Shown: piece after piece, positions 13,679 to 27,008 of the stretch
Layout of the letters: each line of letters begins with the position of its first letter
How positions within the stretch are numbered: the first letter of the stretch is position 1
Assembly (NCBI GenBank): GCA_030141605.1
Contig: JAQGDQ010000121.1
Span: forward strand, 310,001 to 374,000
Direction of reading: 5' to 3'
DNA length: 64,000 bases
From: Tubiluchus corallicola
Taxonomy: Eukaryota; Animalia; Priapulida
Made by a program: the position numbers and the translations under genes
Notes under the pieces: model-generated
Told to the model about the DNA's origin: nothing
Databases searched by the model: none
What the model saw: the letters and a program-made list of their open reading frames with translations, nothing else

Positions 13679-15585
13679 TATTATCAACCAATGTAACCCT
13701 AACCATAAATACATATGTTACTATGTGTGCCAATTTTTTGCTGTGACATTTTTACCGTGCAATTTTTCCTACACCATTTTTTGTACTTTTCCATTTGTGC
13801 CATTTCTTCCCGTGCCATATTGCCTGTACCATTTTTATCTACATCCGAGATTTATATCAAATGGAGCTTTATTTTAAGGTTTGCACGACAGCCATAAACA
13901 ATTCTTGCTAAAAGGATTAGCACTAGTGGCAATTAGACCTGAACAAGACTTTTCGTGCATTTCTATTTTACTGTGTCGAAGTAATCAAAATTAAGACGTT
14001 AGCTACATTAATTAGCATGTTCACACACACGTAGCTGGCTTCATTCAATACAGTTAGAGATTACTATAACAAAGCAAAATGGCACGTGCCGTTCTGAGCT
14101 TGAGTAATAAATAGGTCGATGGGTAACAGCTAGAGTTCAATCGATTAATTGGTTTTGTTATAATATAACTGGTGCTGAGCGAGTTTTAATCATAAAACAA
14201 CATAAAACTTTGTTGATTCTATTATTGCATGAGGGGGCTTTTTGATTATTATTTTTCCAAAAATGTGCAATGTCTTTATATCGATGTCTTTAATAAATAA
14301 CAAGCTAGTAGATAATGTAAGTGCTTTTGTTGTGATGTACAAGAACAAAGACGTGGTGTCCGCAAGGCCCAAGACAATGTGGGTGCCAGGTTTTAATCAA
14401 GGTAGTTCGGTACCTAATCGCCTTTCGCCTCCTACTTATATTGATGAGTTGATGTGGTTGCCATAGTTACTCTATACACCCGCAGGCTTCCGCGCAGCAT
14501 CAGCTGTAACAGATACAGGTGAGCAGCGGACAGGTGCAAATCACATTCTTGAACCGCTAATTTTGTGCAACATTAGTCTGAGCATAAATACGGCATAGCT
14601 AAAATGTTGTGATATTCTGTGAAATTAAGTACTAACGCTTTATTGTTTTTATTGCATTCTAAGACTGGCTTAGTAAAATTTAGAGACCTGCAACACAGGT
14701 AGGCTACGAGAACAAAGAAACTGGCTCAGATGCCGGTCTTTGTCTTGTTTTAAATAATACGTTATACAACTGCACGTTAATTTTAACACAGTTATATTGA
14801 ATTGCCAGTTACTTCTTCAGCATTAAATAACTAGTGTCTATGAATGGATTCCAAATCACTGAAATTTTGCTAAAATTGCTTCAACTGCACACAATGGTTT
14901 TATTTCATAAACTTGACGTATTGACATATGTTGACATTATTGATAGTAATAACCAGTTTTAAAGTACAGAAATCCACTAATTTTGCATTTACATGGATGA
15001 ATCGAATGTAATGAAACAGACGTGTAGAAAAATTTATACAGTAAAGCCATAGCTAAGTATTTGAAAACAAAGTTAAGGGAATTAAACTACTTTACACATC
15101 AAGAGAAGGCTTGTTAGAGTTACATGGATAAACTCTACATGGATGTATCTGGGTACCTGATAATAAAAATTCATTACAAATATTGCATCTTTGGATGTGC
15201 ATACAAAGAGTAAAGATTGGCTGTTACATAATAATACAAATTGTGCATTTGATTAATATTTTATTAGGTTGGTTCATTAACCTATTCACACAGTCTGGCA
15301 TGTTTTATGCACAGCTACAACAAGAATTGAGCGTACATCAGTCTGTATTGTAGTTCTAAAGTCTTTCTGCGTTTGTCTTTGTAAAATACTTTCATCACAA
15401 TAAGTAAAGAATGCTAAAGCAAAACAATGCATAAAGTACAGAACAAAATGCATTCTAAAGTACTGATTGTCTATTTTTTAATTCTTTCAGTGCTGGCAGC
15501 ACTAATATGCAGAATGTTATCATTTTAATGGCATGTTCATAATTAACTTTGCAAAGGAGGCTGTACGAATCTAACAGAAGGCTAC

Positions 15586-18500
15586 ATGATGGGAGCAAGG
15601 TTCAAAAGCTGTGCCACATTATTAATGTGCTTTGCAATTGTTCACACAGTGAATACACAGAGTGGTAAGTAGATCCATATGTATTTACTTTTATTTTGCT
15701 TTATACTTTTTTCTTACACTTTCCGTTTAATTAATGCAATGGTTCACTCGTTCAAAGAACGAAGCATGTACATTGTACAACCAGCATTGAGTTTGCTGGA
15801 ATTAACAAGTTAACTGGCGTTTTGTTAAAAAATCTTTACTCCAAATTAAATTACAAAGTCTATATATTTACTGTAATTTTTCGGAGTAAATGGGGCTACT
15901 TTGCATATGCTAATTAATGTAATATCAGTAATTTGCAGGCCAGATAGCCTAGGAGGCGTAAAAGCTATGAATGAGCCTTAACCTTACTACAAAGGATTCA
16001 AGAACCAACTTTAACTTTATTAAACTCTCCAGCTTAAAATTTGTAGTCCCTGGCATTTAATGATACAGATATAATAATCTTAACTGCAAAATTATATATT
16101 GCATTTATATATTGACCTAAATTGCCCTGCATCATATGGAGAAAACCTGGTTTAGAGATATTATTCCTCTTTTTACCAAGAAGATTTTGAATGCTCTAAG
16201 ACTTCACTATTTGATACACGAATTGCATGAACACTGATAACTATGAAATATCCAGTTAAGCCATTAAACTTAATGAAGCATTTTGTATGCTTAGTGAGTT
16301 CACTTGAGTTGTGAAGAATTGTGTGTTATTTTGTTTTATTTCTAAATCCATTTATACAAATTACAATGATATAGCTACACGATTATTTACAAGTAAAAAT
16401 TTAAAATATTTACACATTTACACTAAAATACTAAAAATACACACAATTAGGCACATGACAGAAATAAAAACTACAGAAATTTAAAGTGGATTGTGGTAAA
16501 CACGTAAAGAGCTAAAAACTACTTATAAGTGTCTGCGGTGGAATAAAAATTTTGTAAATTAACTTTTTTTCAGCCTTATGTAAATGCATAAAGGTGATTA
16601 CCACTTATTTGGTAAAATCTGTAATGCATGCATACTGAATATGTTCATTGTTTTTTGCACGTGCAAACTTGCTAAAGTTAATTAGAAGTTTAACATGAAA
16701 ATGCTATATCAATCAACTGAAAGGTTTTCAATAACTTGTTTTACAACGCACTGAGCTTGAAGCTAAATCACCTTCATGCTTACTGAGTCCAGCTCAGCTA
16801 AGCTAGTGGGGTGACGTATTAACTGCTTAGTTTAATAGCGTGACGCAAGCTTCAAAATGTGTACCAGCATAATTAGATTTACTATACTTAGTATCGCGTA
16901 TTAAGTGGCATTAGACAGGTGATATTTTATGCGTTAACACAGAAATAGGCTACTTGAGCGTATGATGTAGTGGTTTTCTTAGTGACTGGTCTAAATACTG
17001 TGTACACTGCACAGTTGTTGTCTTCTTTCTGATTTACAGACCTGACCCATTACCGACATTTGGCATGTTACCCACAAGTTTTGTCTGCCAATTTTTCTAG
17101 TCCAGCAAAAAATGTGTGTAGAATAACATGGTATTCTTCGTCAGTGATCCTTATTTTTTTACAAAGACATTAGAACTTGAATTTAGGGAGGCTTCAAGTT
17201 CTTTGATGAAAATTGGAGATGTGTATAGCCAGCAAAAACCCTTGAAATTTACTGACAGTTTTCATTGGTGCTTAGATCTTTAAATCTGTAGCTTTCATAT
17301 TTTGCTTAGTTCATATTAACATAATAGTCTATGCTCCATCAGAAGTAGGTTATACACTTGTTCTCGGTTATTGTTGCACTGTCATGTCCTGGTATCTAAC
17401 GCCATGTCACTCTAAACACTGGAAGGAGATCAATCTGCACTCGAACCTCGTTTGCCATAAACGTGACATTTCAAATTCCGTTTCACGGCTATAATTCAGT
17501 CAAGCAATATATTCAATGTGTTTGTAATGTAGTAACGTTTTTTTTTTATTAGCTCTGATAATAATTTATGGAATTTTTTATTATCAGGTTGGTGAACCTA
17601 ATTCCTAATTAGTATCTTATGACTTACAGTATCTATATAATTTCACTATACACTAAACTGAATTTATTTACTTAAATAGAACATAACAACACATTCATAA
17701 TACTGAATTAACCACACAAAACACATGTTACTCATTAAGTGAGAAGAACCATAATATTATAATTATGGTCGCCAAATGACTTACATTTTCCATATATAAA
17801 GAAGGAAATGTAATTTTAATACGAATACAATTCATTTCTTTGGCATTCTTTAGAAAAATATGCTTAAAAATTTGTTAGTATGGTAAGATATCACTGTGTT
17901 TACAGTTATTATACAAATTACTAAATTATAAACAATAAAATTTTCCTTTATAAAACTTCTGTTTTGTTTTTAAACCACCCGAAAATATATCCTGCGACTG
18001 TAAACCCACTAAACTGCGTTACTGCTTTAAAGTTTTATTATTATTATTATACCAGTCCTCGTTGAGTTCACTGGTGAGTCCTTTAAAATGCTTTGTCTGC
18101 TGTGTTTTTGCTTTTGCGTTTAATACATGGAATAGAGCTTTTTCAATATCAGGTAAAATTATTTTGAATTCCAGGCGCGTGACTGATTAATCTACAATTA
18201 ATTTCTTGCTTGAATTGCTATAATGTTTTTGATATTAAACGACGGGTGTGCCTTCAAATTTCCAAAACAACTTCTACCAATGTTATGCTAATTGAGCTAG
18301 ATGTCAAAGTGCACATTTCTGACATTGGTAAAACTGATGTTCATTGGGCAGACCTTGAACGTTTCCTTTATACATTTCCCAGATGGACATTATATCAGCA
18401 CAATGTATTATCCATTTGGATGTGTCAACACAAATTTGACAACATAACATAGATCTGTTGAATTCTATGTATTTATCAAAAATTGATGGTTTCTAAACTA

Positions 18501-21500
18501 AAAATAGATTTGAGTACTCCAAAGAAACTTAATGACTTAATTCAAGTGAGAGTGCAGAACCACTCTAGAGCTAATCCACAGCCCCTTCTTACTGATGTCA
18601 TCCCTCTTGCTACATCTTCTGGAAGAGTACGTATATAAAGGAAACATCAAACTCTTAACCATGCCAAACTTTTACTGGGGATAATCAGTAATCTGCTCAC
18701 AGTATATGCCTCTGTTCTTATAGACTAGCTTTAAAGACTTCTCTAGTGGGTAATGAGTAATACACTTTGTCTTATTTTTACAAGAAAAAAATCATCGTCT
18801 ATGAAGTAGTGACACATTGATACTGATTTATTGATAGGCAATACAAAAAGCTTTAGTGTTACATTGATGTCACTGGCCTTCACTTATCAGTGAGATTTTG
18901 GTTTAAAATGTGTAAGTTAAGAAGTTTTGGTTCAAGACTATGATTCAGGTTCTGCATAATGTTTGCTCTGTATGTTGCCATCATTGATGCTCCAGCCTCA
19001 CTGACTCACCAGCACATTTTTCGATGTAACATTTAACAGGTATATCTAAAAGACTGAACTTGCCCTGCACATGTGAAATTCAAAACCAAATGACCAATAT
19101 AACTGCACTTAAACCTGCCCACTTAAAGTGTCCTACTTATCTAAGGCTGCACTTTTGTTAAAAATATGAGTTATTATTGGTTTTTTTTTGCTTTTTAGAT
19201 AATGCAGTATTAGAACAGGAACACAATGCTGTAGATGATAGCTATAGCATTGTTGAAAATAGGAATGCTACAAGTGGGGATAATACAACTGAAGAAACAA
19301 CACCAGATGAAAAAACAGAAACCACCAACTTTAGTCAAAGAACTGTTGCTACAAATAATACAAATGATACAGGTGATACTGATGATAGTCATGCAACCAG
19401 TGCTACAAGTGTAGACAATCGTAGTAGTGCTTCCAGTTCTCCAAGTGCAGTATTGCTATCTGATTATTCTGGAGCTGATAAGTCTTCTTCAACTGTAAAT
19501 TTAACAGAGACAAGCAGTGTTATAACACCAAATATAACACTTGAGAATTTACTAGAAAATCAATCAACCAGTGATCTACCTAAGACAGATCAAACTAAAC
19601 ATGGAATTGAAATAGAGAAATCAAAGATGATTGATGAATCTCTGCTTGCCAGAGATGAAGAAGGTGCATCTGAAATGGATGATGAAGAGACATCTGTTGC
19701 TACAATGATGACTGACTATAACAAAAACTTTACTGTTTTTAAAGGTTCATCGATTGATCCTCTGTCTACATTAGCAGTCCAGGAGGACAGAGACAGTGAT
19801 GAGTCAGACTCTGGTAGTCCCTTTGACGTTTTCTCGCCTAAACCAACATGGAATGATACCAACAAAATGTCTATACCAGATATTGAAGATGATGAAATTT
19901 TGCTTTATGGTAACATGACATTGTGGTTAAAACTTGATAGGAATTGCAGTTTCGATGAAAAAGATGCTGATGAGTTTATAGATGAACTTTTTAGTGCATT
20001 GTCTTCTCAAATCAATATTGACCCTGACAGATTGAGACTGGATTCAATGGACTGTGAAGATTTTACTGTTGGCCTCACACTTTTGAATATCTCAAAAGAG
20101 GAACTCTCCATATTAGAGGAAGATATTGCTAACATGACATTTCAGTTTAGAAATATAACATACACTATTACAGACATCAGTGCCAAGCCATTTGATGATA
20201 TAGATGATTATTTTTATTCTGATGATGCAAGGATGGAAACAATTTTCACGATTATTTATATCTGCATTGCATCTTTTTTGGGGACCATTATTATTTTAGG
20301 TTTGGCTGGGACAGTGTATTGTCTTACACATCGGAAAAGAAGACGTTCATTTAATCTCCAAGACACGGTAAGTTTTTGCCATCTGTGGCAAGTTTGTAGC
20401 ACGTTTCCATATTTACTGTTTGCTTTGTGTTTTTTGTCTGCACAAAAGTTTCTAGTTCTGTGTCCTAGGCATTTATGTAATGCATCAGTGTTGTTTGTCA
20501 GGCTTCTTGTGGCGATCAAGAGGTAAAATTCAAATGAAAATTAATTATTAATTTTAGGTTACTAGCAATATAGTACCAACTACCATCTTTGTGTAAAACA
20601 AATTTCTATTTTTATTTGAGCCTGAGTTGGACTTGCACAAATCTAGTAATGTTATGCATCACATCTGTGGAATATAAGTTTAATATTGCTTGGATTTTTT
20701 TACATTGTCAGCTAGTACTAAGATACTTTAAGAAAAACTGAAAATATAGAATTTTAACATATATTGTTTAATTACATAATTTTCTATACCATTCACTTAT
20801 TTTAAATTCCTGTTAGAATTTGTGTTTGCCTTCTCTGTAACTGCTAATTTACAGTGTCAAACTGTCAAGACCAGCTTTGTGCTTTGAAATCCACCTACAA
20901 TGCTTGTCTTGTTAAACCTACACATTTGCATGCTAAACTAATGAATATACTGAGAGGCACTTGCAGTTTAAGTGGTTTTTAGTATGAATGCATATGAGTC
21001 AGTATGTTTGATTAAAAATCAAAACCATAAAGTAATCAACACAGCAGATTTATCTGTGGAACCATCTAAACTGCAAACTATTCAAACCCTGATAATACTA
21101 ACATGTTTATGAGGACTATTCCATTTCTCTGTAAATAGAAATGGGCAGACAAAAAATACAGGGGCAGGAGACACAGGGGTGTCCAACTAACAGCAATGAC
21201 AAGGAAAACTGAGGTACCTTACTGTTGCACGTGTTTGTGATTTCAAGCCATTCATTACACTACCCTCTTGACTTTCTTTTGGTGTAGTTCAACTTGTTAA
21301 TGAGTTAACAGTCTTAGCATCAGTGCATTTAGTAAATTCAATTCAGGAATAGATAATGCATGACTCGCATCCCTGACATGACACATTTTTTCTTTGTTTC
21401 AGACAGATGCAGTGTGTAGTAACAAGTGTTTGTATGATTGTTGCATGGCTGCTTTAAATTAATAACTGGTTACCACATGTCTATATCATGCAAGAGTTCT

Positions 21501-22521
21501 GTTTTATTTTTATAGAGTGGCTTTGATATGAACTGATTATTACAGCTTGTCAACATGTCTGAAATGTCTGAGATCAAGCCTACTTGAGCAGCTTTTATTT
21601 TTGCTTTCTTGTTATTGTATTATCCTTTATGTTGTACAATATCTTTGCTGGCACTTAAGATACAATTTTGCTTTTTAATTTCAAGTATTGCTTTCTTTTT
21701 ATAAAACGACAACTTGGAATATTAAAACAATGAAAATATTATCATGTATATTTCATTTGCTATTACCGCTATTTGGTCATTAGTAAAATGCAAGTGTTTT
21801 GTGATTTTGTTTTTATTTTATAAGCATAAAGCCTACAGCATATGAAGACTAATTACAAAACCAGATTTAAAAATTAATTTTGTTTTTTAAGTCTGATGCA
21901 GGCTCTAGGCCTATTTAAACTTTTGGTTTCTAAAACACTTATACAGTACTATGCTGATATCACTGCAGTTGTAGTTGAAACATTTGAGTTTTTACATCAA
22001 ATTTTTTGCAAGATTCTTTTAACCAGAATTATTGCACTGTTTTGTAGATGATTAGTTATATGGTTGTTTTGAAAGGTTTTTGTGCGTAGTTTACAAATCA
22101 TTCAAGGATTTTGTTATAAGCATTGTCATGAGCTATTGTAAGAAAAATTAGTCTGTGTGTAACTGAAAAGTACATTTTTTTTATTTTTCAGCCTCACCTG
22201 AATTTTAATACTGAGGACTTTGTTCTGACGAAAATACCTCGTGTCGCTGTCATACCACGACAAAATGGTGCTGACGTCAATGGTAGTGGTCGTACTACAG
22301 AGGCTGCTGCAAACCATGCCAACTCAGCTCAAAGACTTGGACTACCTAAAAATGGCTGCATTATTGGAGTGGACAACCCAGCATACCAAGAAGATGCAAT
22401 GGAAATGTTGGATGCAATGGAAATGACAAATAAGAGCATGTACATTCCTGTTGCTGACTATGATATCGTAGCCAAGGCAACAGCAGAAAGTGAAGAGGAG
22501 GATGGTAAAGTCAGCCTATAG
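15586..22521 (+). CDS. Single-pass type I membrane glycoprotein, ~525 aa: signal peptide, Ser/Thr/acidic mucin-like stalk, SEA-like juxtamembrane domain, TM helix, cytoplasmic tail with NPxY
   Basis: Exons 15586-15664 (MMGARFKSCATLLMCFAIVHTVNTQS, G|gtaagt), 19199-20367 (DNAVLEQ..TM IFTIIYICIASFLGTIIILGLAGTVYCL..RKRRRSFNLQDT|gtaagt) and 22192-22521 (PHLNFNTEDF..IIGVDNPAYQED..GKVSL*). Phases 1 and 0 match; 1578 nt open. Many N-x-S/T sequons in the ectodomain. Confidence 0.85.
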
Positions 22522-25500
22522 TTGATTGTCAAAGATGGAGATCTACTAGATCCATTCCTGTACATATATGTTAGGCTCTTAGCCAAGGCTTGTGTATTTA
22601 TGCCCTTGGTTTATTGTTGCTGAAGTTATATATAAATTTTGAACTTCTTTGCAAGTTTACAGTATATGAAAGTTCAACAAAATAGAAATATTAGTGTTAT
22701 TGAGAGATACTGGTAGGCCTAAATTTTTGGTAACAGTGAATTTTGTTTGTTGTGCTTATTCAAATTGAATAATAATGCAAAAATATTACGATGCAGAATT
22801 TTAATTTTTAAGTCACTTTTGACACTCATTAGTCAGCATTGAAAATCCTATGTGATATTTTTACTCCATGGATCTAAGTGGAATTTTTAATTGTATAACC
22901 TTGCCTTAATACTACTAGTATAAGTAGTGCTCAAAGTAATACAAATTCTGCATAGAATGACAATCATTATTTTCATTGTTTTTTTATTGTTCTTGAATTT
23001 GCATCATTAGTACTTGTTGCTAATACTATTTTATTTGTGTGGAAAATAGCCATTTTTTACCTCGATGGCCTATTAGTATCAATTTTGAAGTAAATGCATA
23101 AATAAAATTCTTATTAAGTGCATACTATAGGTCCATTAGAACTTTACCCTTAAACACTGATGCATGTTCTATTGCAAGATTTGAGAAATTGAGATTGTAT
23201 CCTGTTGCCCAGGGCTGTTTAGCTATTAGCTTGTCACATCTTTATAGAAGAGTAGCTCTAGTAAAGTTTGTTCAAAATAAATGTGCTTGCCATTGTTATT
23301 TTCTGTATGTACATGTAGTTTCATGTTCAACCAGTTTGATATTCATTTGTATATATTAATGAATTTATAGCCATATAACAGTGCCACCCACACTTTTCTT
23401 TGTAAGGTAACTCTGGCCATTGTGATTGTGATATTGTTGCTGAACTTAAGTTTAGGACCTGTTATATACTGTAGAACGTGTTTTTTATTCAATATTCATG
23501 AAGTATTTTTTAGTTGGGCCTATTTTGTCTGTTTATTTTAAATTCGTGCTACCCGTTAAAATTCTTTTATCTGTCTTAGTACAATGGGAAAATGCTCAAA
23601 ACGGGGTGCAGAAAGCATTTTCAACTTTCAGTTAGTAAAAATTGAGGTGTAATCTTTTATTTAGCCCAGACTTTCTGAATTACAATTTTTAGTGCAACCT
23701 TATATAATTGTTCGACACTTTCTTGGTTCAAGTTTTAGGTTAAAAAACTAGATTAAATTTTATTCCCTTATTATATGCTTTGTAAAGGTATAGTTTCCCT
23801 TTTGTTTAATTTAGTGAAATAGACGTTTAGTCTGTAAATTTGGCAAGCCTATGAAAAAATTGTATGTAAAATGCTTGCACAGTTGAAATGAATTAGGTTA
23901 CAGGCCTAATACTACACAACGTTAGTAAGATGCTGCTAACTTTCCTGACCTTAAATGACTCTGCAATTTCAGAGATTATGAAGATCTAATATTATAATTT
24001 TTTTTACTTCTGGATTTATCACATTTTAGGCTTACTTGCAGAAAATGTGCCTAGCTGGATACTCTTTTGTAGGCCTGTACTTGAAATTTTGGTGGAAATG
24101 TGAACTTTATTACTATTATGTTCAGTTATTTGTTGCACACATTTGCCGGTAATTTGTGTTCCTGAAATAATTGTAGTTATACCTGTAACTTAATTTTTGT
24201 TGCATTAATCTATCCTTAGGTAACCTCGTCTTGCTTGAAAAACATATTCAAAAATGATTCCGTGCCCCCCGCTAATGGTAGTCTGTGCGTTCTGTCACAC
24301 CTACAGTCACATTTATTAGTGATTCCTTGAATCTCATTAAATAGCCTGTTGTAGTGTAGAGTTTTGTGTAATTTCACAAAGAATGACCAGCAACCAGTAA
24401 AATTTTGGACAATGTGTTGCTGTCATATCAATTGATGCATAATAATTATTTATTGTTGATTTTATTTCACTGTTTTATAGTTAACATTGGCCAATTAATT
24501 ATAATTTCTAAGACACCAATTTAAATTTTTATAAGATATTAGTTAGAGTAAGCTCACTGTAGTTTTTAGCTTTTCTATGTGTTTTATACTACTCGTTAAA
24601 AGTCAATGGAGTTGAGTTTCATCTTGGGTATAACAGACAGGAATATTTAAAATACATGTACGTAATTCTCAATCGCTCTCTTTCGCCACTGAATAATTGG
24701 CCCTCATAATTGAATTCTGATTGTATGCTACTGCCATCTATTGGGCATTTAGAAGTTTTCGAAAACAAGTACTGTAATCATAATTATTGCACAAAACTTT
24801 TGTATCACGCGTTTTTAATAAGAAACAGGTTCATATGAAACTGTGTTGCTAGTCAAGGGATGGCCAAAATAGAGAAACAGCCCTACTGTATGAAGTGCAT
24901 GCTACATGCTTTTTCGATAATTAACAGTAATTATTGTTAGTCTGAACCTAGTGATCTTTCCTCTTTCTTCTTCTATATTCCATCTGCTTGGAATTGTTTG
25001 GCAACTCAACTCTTTTTTGTTTTACAGGTGAAACATTTTGATTCTTGTCAATTGTATTTTTGTAAAATATCTTGAGGATTGTACGCTATACATTATAATT
25101 ATCCGTCCCAATAAACTACATGTTTTTAAACAGTGAGTACTTTGTGCGCAATTTTTTTTATTTCTAAATAAGTCAACACATATCGTCTCTCTGTCATTCA
25201 ATATTTATATTTATCAAAATACTGGCGCTTTGATCATAATAATGTTCAATCTCAAATTTTAATGCATATAGTCTTAATCTATAATTTTCAATTTTTAAAA
25301 AAAATATTAATAAATACCTACTTTTTATAACACTAATGTATGTATTCATTGATTCCTGAAAAATTCTGAAGTTAGAAGTGTATGAAGAAATTGTACTGTA
25401 TATTTAATTTCAAGCGAATCACATCATTTGGGGTAGGGACATTCAATTTTGATATCAGAGCAAGATGAGTTACCCAGTTTTTCGGCTTTTTGCAATTACG

Positions 25501-25537
25501 CACATTATACTCTCCTTACAACCTTGACTCTCCATAG

Positions 25538-25633
25538 CCTTTACTTGACCATTCCAAGAATAGGACGGGGGGCTTAAGTTCCTTTACTTAACCATTCTAA
25601 GAATAGGACGGGACTTAAGTTATCAGTCCCGTC
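25538..25633. repeat. ~43-bp tandem duplication ending in a 9-bp stem hairpin
   Basis: CCTTTACTT(G/A)ACCATTC(C/T)AAGAATAGGACGGG..CTTAAGTT occurs twice (25538-25580, 25581-25621). GACGGGACT (25607-25615) pairs with AGTCCCGTC (25625-25633). Confidence 0.85.
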
Positions 25634-27008
25634 GTTGTAGTCAATGCCGATCAGATCCCGTCTATGTTGCTGAACATTTCGCAAGTATGAGTCCAAGCTA
25701 TCTATGATATATATATCTGTTTTGGAAAAATCCAGTCAGCTTTTTAGGCAACTTAATCTTAACAATGAATCCCAACAACAACTTTATTTTAAATTAAAAA
25801 ACAACCTTTTCTCCCATGCTTGTACTCCATAAGGATAGATTAAGTGCATCTGTCAAATTGCAAGAAAACTGCGTTACTATGCCTGCAGAAGCCGAATGCT
25901 GCACGGTTTTGCCATCTAGCAACGAAAATAATACTAAACAATTTATATTTTCTTTAACATCGTTAGGTGATGGAAGAAACAAGATAGTGATAAATTACAA
26001 TGTAAACTTACGTACACATTAATCATACTCATCATGGTTATATTAAAAGACATCTCCTTTATAGTACTATATTTGGTTTGCATAGTATTTTCTGCTGTTC
26101 AATGGACATAATAGTGCGCTTAAATTATGCCATTTAAAAAACTGCATATTTTTAATTGTTATTGAAGTAATTATAAATGCACACACTAAGATAAAACTAC
26201 AACGAAAGAAGAAAAACTGGTGCATGCTGTCCAAAGTAGACAGTGTCCAGTCGCTGGCCCACGTCAATGCCCATTGAAAAAATACTTGCGATGATGAGAA
26301 ATATGGATGGAGTTCTGCTAAATCAAACACTGACATTTCAATCTTTACGAACACAGCATTATTTTCTTAATATACCAGTAGATTATAATATGCATTTTGG
26401 CACTCTGCAAATTGGGATAAGGCACACAGTGGCAGAGCGTACTTAATACAGATTGTTGTGGTATGAATCTAGCTTCAAATTTTCTCTAAAATGATGGAGT
26501 GAACTGTCGTAGATGTCACAGCCATGTCCAGATACCTATTTGTCCTGTCTGAAAGAGGTAGGTAGCCATGGATAGTATGACAGCAGCAGTTTTTAACTAC
26601 TTCTTTGCATAAGGCCAACAAGAATCCTTATTGTAATATCTTTCCTTATCAAAGTCATAGTAATCCGTTGAAAGCACCAATGGCATCGCTGATAAAACAC
26701 CAACTGCTTGAAGAATGGATCAATACTGCTAACTTGACAAAATTGTGACATAAAATGCTAATGAGCAATGTTCTCCTGCTATATCTTTCAAGCTCTTAAT
26801 TCATTAAAAAAATTATGGACTTAAAGTCAAAGGATACCACTGTCTTAATGTTAAGATAGTGACCACCTGCGAGTTACGTGGGCGACAGTCAAATAGAGAA
26901 ATTGCACGTATTTATTAATAATGGCACTCTTACAGCATCCAGTTAGGTGTATGGCACTATAGTCACAACAGCTAACGTGTCAAAAAGGATGTTATTTCAT
27001 TCATAACA

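Larger units (their letters stand above)
12060..13847. mobile_element. Foldback-like non-autonomous element(s) with subterminal (G)TAAAAATGGCACA-type repeats, containing nested insertions
   Basis: AAAATGGCACA-type units at ~12072-12115 and ~12906-13003, and their reverse complement (TGTGCCA..TTTT) at ~13722-13846. AACCCTAACC motif at ~13695. Confidence 0.55.

Noticed and set aside
20368-20526. Hydrophobic C-terminus of the 449-aa ORF as a second TM segment
   Set aside because: Read-through past a consensus donor (ACG|gtaagt) into the intron; the exon at 22192 continues in phase.
21402-21590. Two good acceptors that could give short alternative tails for the mucin-like gene
   Set aside because: Only splice-site resemblance; the peptides are short and uninformative.
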